DNA from: Phoronis australis
Taxonomy: Eukaryota > Animalia > Phoronida
Assembly (NCBI GenBank): GCA_002633005.1
Contig: NMRA01000107.1
Coordinates: 289,492 to 353,491, forward strand
Direction: 5' to 3'
DNA: 64,000 nucleotides
Positions 51,701 to 62,159 of the stretch are shown piece by piece (positions within the stretch are counted from its first letter, which is position 1; each line of letters begins with the position of its first letter). The translations under genes were made by a program, and so were the position numbers. A model generated the notes under the pieces. That model worked only from the letters and a program-made list of their open reading frames with translations, searched no databases and was not told the DNA's origin.

Positions 51701-54450
51701 TCTATAATCAGATCCCCAAATAGTAAAGTGCACTTGGACACTTCTTGCCTATCTAAAGTAACTCTCAAAGACATTGACGAAATTTGGACAATTCCCAAAA
51801 ATCTAATCACAATTCAAATGACAATAAATGCATTGCTTTTTGACTTCGGTACAAGATTTGTCGTTTAAACTCACTAACAATTATTTTTGCCTTCTTACTG
51901 GCCTGGTCGGTGATGCTGCTTGGGTACTAGCAGTTTTTTCTGTTTGACACTTTCTCCGTGTGTGTTTTTTCCCTTTTTTCTTGGATAATACTTCGGGAAT
52001 CAAGGGAAATGCTTGGTTTTTAGAGGAAAAAACAGAAAAATTTCCTTAGCGGGAGGAACCCTCCTCCCGACCTCCCCCCATGCGGTGCTATGCGCATCTA
52101 CAATCGTGTTTTGAGCAAATGTTTACAGACAAAATGTTACCCCCCCTGTGATATCCTAGATCCGCCACTGGTTCATAGGATATAAATATAATAAAATATT
52201 GGTTTTAAGCATTTGAAATGTTCAGAAAATAGGACGACGGTGATTGGACAATTGTCGAGCGTTGAATAAGCAACAGTACCCTGCCCGTAAGTGGCATAAG
52301 AAAGGAAAGATATTCGTACAAGAACCATCTCACCGCGTTGAATAACCACTACCACGCGTTGATTAAGTTCATAAATGAGAGTAGAAGGCTTAACGAATGT
52401 TTCTTTAGAGAAAAAAATCAAGTCATTTCGCAAATACGCCCATGGGCGTACTTTTGGGTGGGCCTAGTTTCAGGAATTCCCGGTACGTTATATTTGACCT
52501 CAGCGCTATCTGTACTGGAACGGTAGACTCAGTGTGGGAATTGAATCTATAACCAAAAGAAAAAAAATCCACTAAAAAGGCGCAGACGCACAGTTCACAG
52601 TTCTGAAGGTGGTACTCCGTTTTTTTTTTTTCTCTCTTTTTTCTTTTTTCAGTCCTCCTGCTTTTAAGCTCCATATTGCTAGAAATTGGAGCCCCCCCAT
52701 GTTAATGGCTGGATCACGCTCTAGAGATATACTTTGAAAGAATGAGGTTCTTGGGTTGCCTGGTAGGCTGCCTCTGAACCCGTTTAAAAATCCCTTGTTA
52801 CACGAGTATAGCCCATCTGTTGGCTGGGGCCAAATGATGCACAGGCTGTCCCACCCTCATTTCAGTGCAATTGCAGGACTCGGTTCAAATTCAGTTCCCG
52901 CAGATTCTTGCTTGGCAACCGGGGGGAACTTGGGACTGTGCACTCTGGCGGGGCTTGTGGTCTCCAAGAAAATTTACGAATTCTTCGTATTAATGAGTTT
53001 TTGGTTCATTCCAAAGGTAGCTATTACGGTTTATGAGTTAAAACTTAAAGTCCAAATATCTTTGAAATCTTTGTTTCTGATTGTCAGTAGGTTTACAATA
53101 TTTTGAGTACCTTTAATTGGCTACACACTGTACTCTGTGCACGATCTTCAAAAATCGACAGTACACTCGACAGTCTGTTCAACATGCACTTTGTGCAAGT
53201 TTCTTACAAACAACTCCTGCATGTAACGATCGATCTTCAAAAGAATACATTTCTTATGATAATGCGGGGAAAATATTGACATTTTGTCGTCATAAAAGCA
53301 TCATCGTGAGACCCCGTTCTAGAAATAACTTTTCTTAACACAAAAGCCGGGTTGTACGATTTCTCAAAAACATGAAAATATAGGGAATCGGTTCCATCAT
53401 TAGGCCATCTTTCTGTGAGCTACCCGTTTAAGAAGTTAGTAATAAAAACACGAAAAGGTTTGCCGCATGGATGTCATCAACGGGCCCCATTCAATGTGGA
53501 AGTCTATATTCGCTTTTCGAAAAACAGGAAATGAACAGCAGTTGATGTTATCTGTCAAGTTCTCAATTTTGAAACTTGGAAAAAAACGAAAACGGAGCAA
53601 CAAATGAGTTAACATGAAATGCAAAAGCTGTGATTTAAAACCCTCGACTTATTAGAAATAGAGGTATTAATGACCGAGTGCACGAATTCAAGACCTATGC
53701 CGCAAAATGGGCCCATGTTTCCGCTCCACGCCCCTATGGCGGTTGCCACGGCTTCACCATGCAATTTGACGACAGCAAATTATTGGGAGAGGGGTGCACA
53801 TGCGTCTTTAACAATTTTCAGGTTAAGCAGGACACTAGAAAAATGGAAATCAAATTTCAAAAATGGGTTATCGAATTGATATGTACTTCGAGACACAACT
53901 TGCGCACTGTTCTTTAAGGAATTGTTTTCAAAATTGATTTGTAAGATTTTCATATTATAAATTAAGTTGCATAAAACGAAATGAAACGATAGTGACATAC
54001 GAGAACTGTAAACAGCGTTTTTGAGATTTCACCTTGAACATTATAACACATGAAATTTGGTCACGTTATAGACACTGTTGTTTTGATATAAATGCACGTC
54101 TCGTTGTTGCTAGAAAGCTTGCCAACAGGGAAACAGACGGTGCCACATTCTTCCACTGAATGAATCGGCATTCTTTAAAGATCTTCTTAAGATTATGTTG
54201 GATCGAGTCTGTATTTAGCCAAAACTATAGACTTTAACTCATAAAACTATAGATTTTCTATAAGTGAAAGACCTATAAAGTTTCACTTTTGACTTTTTAC
54301 AAATCTTATTAATTGGGTCACGTGAATATGTAGACAAGCATATACAATTCATGCGCGCGCACAGGGGGGCGAGAGCTGAAACGAGCCCTCCTATTTGGCG
54401 AAGTGGTCAAAAAGGTCCGCCTCGGAGAAAAACGAGACAAAAGTTCACTA

Positions 54451-57029
54451 AACAAGAGCAACGCAGAGCGTTGAAATGCGCCCACGAATGCATCGCAAAT
54501 GGTGTGCTTTTATTAGGATTATTTATTTATATCACAAAAATGGCTACTAGATGGCGCAAAAACGTACAATCCATCCAAAAACGAGAACATGCCATATTTC
54601 ATAAAAATCTGTTAAAGAACTTCAGAGAAACAAACGAAAACAGAACAAAATGAAATTGCCGTTTGTGGGCACAGCGTCCGTCCCATCCGCCTGAAATTCT
54701 TCGTCTGTTATCTTCATATAAGTTCACTTACTAAATTTAATAAAGATCCTGCACTGGGTTTCGGAGATACAGCTAAGGACGCAAAACAAAACAAAACTAC
54801 CACTAGGAAGCGCCACAGTAGTCAGTCAACATCATCAAACGTCCTCTCCACACTGAAAACATATATGCCAATTTTCAAAACCATCCCTAGAATGATTTGG
54901 TTGATCGAGGGGTGGACGCCAAAAACAAGATTAGAAAACAGCAAAAATGGCCACCAGGTGGCGCAAAATAATTCGATTCCATCCAAAAACAGGAGGATAG
55001 CGTCATCTCACCAACAGATGCCTATATTCAAAATTTTATAAAAATTTGTTGAGGACCTTTGAAGATACAGACTGGTAAACGTAAAAAACTAAAACTGCCA
55101 CTAGGGGGCACACCAGTAGTCAGATCCGTCCGAAAGTCGTTGTCATCTATTGTCAACATCATATAAATACACTTGCTAAATTAAGTAAAGATCCTGCAAA
55201 CAGCTTAATAGATACAGCCATGATTGCAAAAAAACAAATCTGCCAATAGGAGTCGCCCCAGTAGTCAAAGTCGTCAGAAAATCATCGCCAGCCGTCCACT
55301 TCATAGTAAAAACATACATGTCAATTTTCACAATTATCCTGGAAAGGGTTTGGTTGATAGATAAGTGGACGCCAAAAAACACTGAAAACAGTAAAAATGG
55401 CCACTAGGTGGCGCAGATTAGGTCGAATTCATCTGAAAACAGAGAGATAGCGACACCTCATTAATAGATGCCTATATGCCAAATTTTATAACAAGAGCAA
55501 CGCAGAGCGTTGAAATGCGCCCACAATTGCACCGCATACGGTATCCCTCTAGGGTTGCTTAGTGGTACCATAAAGTGGCCAGTAGAGGGCATATATGTAG
55601 TATGTTGTACTTAGCAAAATGGAAAGGCATGGTCATTGTCTCCTCAATAGGCTAGGGGCAAAATGTGAGTAATCTTCATAATACAAGCACATCCTATACA
55701 CCAGTTGCTTAAAGCACCACAGAAACATAGAATTAAAAACAAATTTACCAACATACGAGATTAGCACAGCATTAGAATGCCAGAAACAAATTTCTACTTG
55801 GAACTTTTCCTTCACAGTCANNNNNNNNNNNNNNNNNNNNNNNNNNNNNNNNNNNNNNNNNNNNNNNNNNNNNNNNNNNNNNNNNNNNNNNNNNNNNNNN
55901 NNNNNNNNNNNNNNNNNNNNNNNNNNNNNNNNNNNNNNNNNNNNNNNNNNNNNNNNNNNNNNNNNNNNNNNNNNNNNNNNNNNNNNNNNNNNNNNNNNNN
56001 NNNNNNNNNNNNNNNNNNNNNNNNNNNNNNNNNNNNNNNNNNNNNNNNNNNNNNNNNNNNNNNNNNNNNNNNNNNNNNNNNNNNNNNNNNNNNNNNNNNN
56101 NNNNNNNNNNNNNNNNNNNNNNNNNNNNNNNNNNAACCGTCCTCTACATAGTAAGCATATACATGCCAATTTTCACAATCATCCTTTGAGCGGTTTGGTT
56201 GATAGAGGGGTGGACGCTCAAAAACAGACTCGAAAACACTAAAAATGGCCACTAGGTGGCGCAAACAACGTCAAATCCATCTGAAAACGGGAGGATAGCG
56301 TCATCTCACTAAAAGGTGCCTACATACCAAATTTCATGAAAATCCGTTAAGGACTTGTGAAGATACAAAGGTAAGCGTAAAAAAATTAAAATTGCCACTA
56401 GGGGGCACACCGGTAGTCGGATCCGTCCAAAAGTCATCATCTTCCGTTGTTAACATCATATAAATATACTTAATAAATTTCGTAAAGATCCTGCAAACGG
56501 TTTAGGAGATACAGCCATAGGCCCCGCAAAAAACTGCCACTAGGAGGCGCCACAGTTGTCGAAATCGTCGGAAAATCATCATCATCAACCGTCCTTTCAT
56601 TGTAAGAACATACAATGCATGCCAATTTTCACAATCATCCTTTGAGCGGTTTGGTTGATAGAGGAGTGGACGCAAAAAAAAACCCAGTAAAAACGGCCAC
56701 TATGTGGTGCAAGCTACGTCAAATCCATCCGAAAACGGGAGGATAGCGTCACCTCACTAATAGGTGCCTACATACCAATTTCATGAAAATCCGTTAAATC
56801 TTTTGAAGATACAAAGGTAAACGTAAAAAAACTAAAATTGCCACTAGGGGGCACACCGGTAGTCGGATCCGTCCGAAAGTTCGCTCATTCCGTCCCATTA
56901 ATGAATGCAACATGTGTGCCATATTTCATGAACGTATGTCAAAGGGTTTTGGAGATAGAGCAGCGGACGCCGGACGGATGGAGATGACGGCATAATGCGT
57001 CCACATATAAATATGTGTGCTCATAAAAA
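54451..57029 (+). mobile_element. HINE/DINE-1-like non-autonomous Helentron-type element(s), best-preserved copy, with ~148-bp CTCF-like monomers in a ~450-bp trimer
   Basis: Terminus AACAAGAG-CAACGCagaGCGTTG (perfect 6-bp stem)-AAATGCGCCCAC at 54451 and again at 55490. Opposite end: GGACG-type microsatellite-like tract, then ATGCGTCCACATATAAATATGTGTGCTCATAAAAA. Motifs at 54800, 54951, 55098, 55401, 55579, 56249, 56395, 56537, 56697, 56841. Confidence 0.8.
55821..56134. other. Assembly gap (314 N)
   Basis: Run of N inside the repeat array; the true array length is unknown. Confidence 1.
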
Positions 57030-58618
57030 GCAGAACTACTAAAATTCGGCGAATCTTAAGGTCCACATTCTCAAAAATTCGACCCCCCATTTTTTTAGGC
57101 TGGGTGTGCCCATGCAATAATGATCACATATTTGTATAGTTGTAGTAGGAGCTCATGAATGAAATTAAAGGAGGAATCCCCGAGTTATTTAGTGCCAACA
57201 ATTAAAATCTCAACAATTACTTGCCCATGAACAGACCTATAAAAATTGGGATTGAGAAAGTTTTGATGACACTGAAAATGAACATTTTAACAGTTAACAA
57301 AAATGGGTGATGTTGTCAGCAAGGAAATGTTACCACTAAAAGCAGACCCTGTGTTCAGTGTTCACCACAGAACAATTTGTTTGTAAGAGCATAGGAATGC
57401 GAAATCATCTCTTACTTAAGATAGTTTTAAAAACAGGTTTATTATCTCACAAAGTTGGCAAACATTCTCTACAATTAAAGCTACTCTAAACCTGTACTCT
57501 ATCAAACAAGCTAACTTTCAGAGCTAACATCACTTTCTGCTAAAAGTCTAGTCAAAGTACATGCAGTACAAATTAGTTGTTGACAGAACACCTGTTAAAA
57601 GCATATTCTGGTTCAATGCACCACAAACATTACAGCTGCCAATTGGCCTCATGCAAGTTTGCAACTCCATGACATCCTGACACCAACTCCATGACCTCTG
57701 ACACCATTGTGCAGCACAAAAGAACTCTGCTTTCACACATAATTTTTCCTTCACTGAATCTATGCAAGCTCAGGCAGAGCTATGGAAGAGAAAACTGTCA
57801 CCCCCACACTAACTGAACATATCCTTATCCAGGAAGACCAGGCATGATTCAAGGGGCCCTCATCAACAACGTAAATATTGAGATAACAATGATTGTAAAC
57901 ATAAAGCAATAATAATAAAAAATAGACAATTAAGAAAATTCAACAAAAATTGACAAATTGCATTATTTTGATCTAAAAGCCTGTCCTGCGTCCACACTTA
58001 GCAATTCATCTGCAAAGCAACAATAACAGACTGTGACTACAAGTAGTTGGTGTTGTATTGTTGTCAAGAATAGTGGATCAGCATAGTACATTGGTTTTCA
58101 AATACTGCCAGCAGTATCAAAGCAAAAAAAGGAGTTGTGTGAAGTAAAAAGACAAAAGTAAGTTGACCTTTGGTGCCAAATTCACTGCTTGTAGGATGGG
58201 TGGGGAAGAGATGGCTTAAGAGCTTAATGCATTGGGTGAAGTGGGAATATTTCTAGTATTATAAGTCTAGGCTAATCTCAAACCCCATAACATTTTGTTG
58301 ATCATGGCAAATATTAGGAGCAACCTTGGCACCACTTGGGGATATCTAGTTAAATATACCCACTTCGCTTATGTCCACTGAGTTCTAGTCATGGATGTCT
58401 AAACTAAAACAAGGCCAGTTCCATAGACTCCAAATGCAAGTTTACAGCAACTCTTGTTGCTTGCTGGTTGTGCCATGATCCAGCAACTGCAACTGGGTGT
58501 TCTCATGAACCATGACTTGACAGTTGTGTTGCAGAAATATCACCAACTGCAGACTATACAAGCCCTAATTTTTTACCCGAACTCTCAAGACATTAGGTAA
58601 CAACACTATGATATGTCA

Positions 58619-58642
58619 ACACACACACACACACACACACAC
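58619..58642. repeat. (AC)n microsatellite
   Basis: About 12 AC units. Confidence 0.95.
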
Positions 58643-59868
58643 TCTAAGTTTATATTCTATCAATGAGCAACTCTTAAGACTTCAGTCAACTACAGTAAAA
58701 AACATTGCATTGTTAAGATTTGATATGTATCATAGGCAATGGAATCCAGAGGATGAAGGGCTTATTTGAACCTCATAGTCCCATTCAGTGCCATTTTGAT
58801 TGTCTGCTTTGGTTGACCAGATTATAGCCAGCTGTTTATGTCTGTGACTGGTAAACTTTGGAATAAAACTGTCTTACTGAGGAAATACGAACTTTCAGTC
58901 CAACTTTGTGGAGCGAAATCAATCTGTAATTAGGTGAAACACCTTTTCAAGGTTTTCTAAGGCAAGTATTCAAAACTTGACACAGCTATTCCAGGAACCA
59001 TATGGAACTAAAAGATTTTTCTATCAACCGATACTCCACAGCATTGTAGTTTGATTTCAGTCTGACTTTGACCTTTGACATGGCGCTGTACAAGACTTTT
59101 AAGATTCATTGACACAATGAGTTTGAGCAGAGTTAGTCAACAGATCAAATATTCAACATTTTAAAGACATTATCAACTTATTACTGACAGTTGCATTACC
59201 AGTTATAAGACCCAGCTTAATGCTAGAGACAATACATAGCAGTAGGCCATTCATTGACAGGGAGATTCACAACCAAAGCCAGCAAGTATTCTAAACAAAA
59301 CTATACATAGCTATAACAAACTGTAGAATGTACACACAAGTAAAGACAAATACCTTGACAACTGTGCATAGTTAACACAACCTTCTTTGGTGGATTGACT
59401 TCAGGAAGTAACTTTTCATAAAAATAGATTTTTGTATTAGTTAGCATCTCTTCACTACCACCCTTCTCCAATTCCCAAATTTGAAATCTGGCCACAGGAT
59501 GCACATACAAATGACCAAAGATTAATTGGAGGGCTTCCTGCCAGAAAAAAAATTAAAATTAAGAGGCCAGTTCCTACTTTTTGGTGTAATCTTTTCATCT
59601 CACAACTCTAAATACCAAAAAGTAATAAGCAAGTATGGCTTTTGCAGTCAGATATTTTAAGATAAATGGGTTTGAACATTAGAAGGTGTGAAAGAGGGCA
59701 GGAGAATTCAGTGAGAATGTAAAGCCAACAGATGAAATTAAAGGAGTTCGCAATGCCCTCTTACAACACTTCATGGAGAACCACAATCACAAGAAATTTG
59801 GAAAGTTAATTTTTCAGTATAAAACTAAAAAGGAATTGAAAATCAAAATGATGACGAAGATGATGAAT

Positions 59869-60890
59869 ATGACGACGATGGTGGCGATGATGAGCAATAC
59901 AAGTAATGATAACATTCATATGATGAAGTTCAGAAATGAGTAAGAAATAGGCTACAGTCTTGAGTGACACTTGGCGAAATTAACTGAACAGACGACGACG
60001 GAGGTGATGACGAAGATGACGAATATGATAATGATGGTAGCGATGATGAACAACATCATAACATTCATATGACGAACTTGGATGTCATAAATCAGTAAGA
60101 AATAGGCTACAATCTTGTTCAATAGACGCTAAACCAACATTAATGCAGCAACAGCGCTAAACAAAGGAACAGCGTTATCAGAAAATCTTGAAAAATTCAA
60201 AAAGTAGACATCCAAGTGAAAAATATCTTCTGAAAGCCTGTTCAAAACTCTAAATTGGTAGTTTCGCAACATTCTGTAAATTTTTTTTTGAAAAACTTGA
60301 AATTTTGCTTTTTTTGAAATTCAAAGTCAAATAACTCAAAAACAGTAAGTCTGAGAAAAGCGTGCTTGGAGATCATTTAAAAGAGTATATCTCAAGGAAT
60401 CTACATGAAAAAATTTACGTCATTTGCTCCTCCCATTCAAAATTTCACAGCAGAACAATTGAAAATGAGTGCAAATACGCCAGATCCGCCATCTTGAAAG
60501 CAACTTCCTGTTAAACGGCATTTAGTCAATTACAAGAACCTAATACTTGACTAATTGGATCGACAATGCGCTCTCTACGAGAGAAAACGTTTTCGGGTAG
60601 AAATCGAGGTGCGCATGCGTGATTGCCAATATTTTCGATATCTCTGACCGAAAGTTAACAATTTTCCGCACATCTGTAGCACACATATTGTACAATATTG
60701 CTACCGATTTTCAGCTGTGTATGTGAAAAAATGTGGCCTCTAAGAGTATCTGAACCTGAAATCAGAAACAAAATGGCCACCATGTCCGCCATCTTGGATC
60801 ATATCATGACCAAAAACAATAGGCTTCTAGCACTTTTGGAGATACAAGTTGTGTGTGAATTTCGTGTGGATAAGACGAAAATTGCGACCT
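59869..60890 (-). repeat. Inverted copy of the 47437-48720 repeat family, with a ~137-bp GAT-rich direct duplication at its left end
   Basis: 60700-60746 is the reverse complement of 47939-47985, and 59950-59980 matches 48568-48598. The GATGACGAAGATGA..AAGAAATAGGCTACA unit occurs at about 59869 and 60006. The tail at 60810-60890 resembles 26345-26425. Confidence 0.8.
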
Positions 60891-61016
60891 GGTACAACAT
60901 GGCATGGCACTCTGCTGCATTTCCCAGTACACCAACAGTCACCCTCAGTGTTTACTTCACTCAACACAAACCATCACAATGTACAATGCACTCAACCAGG
61001 TCACAGTTAGTGTAAA

Positions 61017-62159
61017 CTACCAATCAACCACCTTTCTCATGTTCATACACTGACTAAATGCCTGTCTGGAAGTCTGGTAAAGAAGATCTTGTCTCTGTGG
61101 GTCTATGTTATGCACCACCATTATATACATAAAGTTACACACAGACCACCGCACATTGATCAAAGTGAACCTGTGACTGTGAATGGGATCCACTTTCAAG
61201 TGCTTCATAACAACCCCAATGTAAGCATCCTCATTGGGGAACGGTTTCATATGCCTGCTGGCAAAGTCTATGATAGGTTGAATGAGATCCTTGGATAGAA
61301 TGTACCCTTCACCACTGGCATAAGGAGGGTATTTGTAATCACTGTAGTCATGGTAACTAACAAACCACTGGCTAGCTGGGTTTCGAATTACCAAATTCTT
61401 TTGACCCATCCTGTAAATGTTTCCAACATACAGCTTTTCAGTTTGTTTGTTATGACTGGATAAAAAATCAACAACAAGTCTTGTGTTCACAAAACAGTCA
61501 TCGTCTGTTTTGAGGACATACTGATAACTTGAGCAAAACTGGAGAGACCAGTAAAGGCCGTGCAGCACTTTCAAGGTGAGATTTCTATAAGTATCCTTGT
61601 AGTTTCCAAACAAGATGTCTTTATGTTGTTGACTTTCCAATCTCAGGTCTAGTGTGACGGTTTTACTGGCTATTTGTCCAATTAAAAATACACAGTGATA
61701 CTGATAACTGGTATCTGAGCACCAAGTCTTGCGGATATGCATTCGTTTCTCAGCATTGTAAGGTGAAGATATGATCAACAGCAAGAGCACCACATTTCTT
61801 ACACACTGAGGTAATTGTGGTTTGTGAATATTCAATAATTCTGGATCCCAGATAACTGGAAGATTCTTCACCACTTGGCTTTGTCCATAATCTCCAAAGC
61901 CAAGTATAATCTCTGATAACTGTCGGCCATTTTGACTCATGCCATTTGCAAATTTGCTTCTCCTCCACAAGTCCAAGCGTTTCCTGTTGTTGTCCATGAA
62001 AAGCACCACAAAATAGACGAGCGCGAATACAATGACAGCAACACAAGTTGCGAAGAGACTTGTTCTGAGAAGCACCCTCCGCGTGATACGGTGAGGTTTC
62101 ATCACAATGATCTTGGTGATGTGAATGATTACTGCTTTTCTTCCTCCCCAACCTGACAT
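61017..62159 (-). CDS. Glycosyltransferase family 31 (beta-1,3-galactosyltransferase / beta-1,3-GlcNAc-transferase-like), type II membrane protein, uninterrupted ORF
   Basis: 380-aa ORF with an N-terminal TM anchor (SLFATCVAVIVFALVYFVVLFM) and GT31 motifs IRKTW, DTYRNLTLK, KTDDDCFVN (DxD), YPPYASGEGY and EDAYIG. The start Met is uncertain (MSGW vs MKPH). Confidence 0.93.
   Translation of the reverse strand: MSGWGGRKAVIIHITKIIVMKPHRITRRVLLRTSLFATCVAVIVFALVYFVVLFMDNNRKRLDLWRRSKFANGMSQNGRQLSEIILGFGDYGQSQVVKNLPVIWDPELLNIHKPQLPQCVRNVVLLLLIISSPYNAEKRMHIRKTWCSDTSYQYHCVFLIGQIASKTVTLDLRLESQQHKDILFGNYKDTYRNLTLKVLHGLYWSLQFCSSYQYVLKTDDDCFVNTRLVVDFLSSHNKQTEKLYVGNIYRMGQKNLVIRNPASQWFVSYHDYSDYKYPPYASGEGYILSKDLIQPIIDFASRHMKPFPNEDAYIGVVMKHLKVDPIHSHRFTLINVRWSVCNFMYIMVVHNIDPQRQDLLYQTSRQAFSQCMNMRKVVDW

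Noticed and set aside
52756-52960. Possible SINE or ncRNA (GC-richer segment with a GGTTCAAAT B-box-like word)
   Set aside because: No convincing A box, tRNA cloverleaf, TSD or second copy in the window.
55633-56264. ORFs of 124-178 aa
   Set aside because: Artefacts of reading through the N gap.
54451-57029. CRISPR-like repeat-spacer array (conserved motif every ~148 bp)
   Set aside because: The intervening sequences are themselves repeats (A/B/C cycle), not unique spacers. The termini are those of a DINE-1/HINE-type element.
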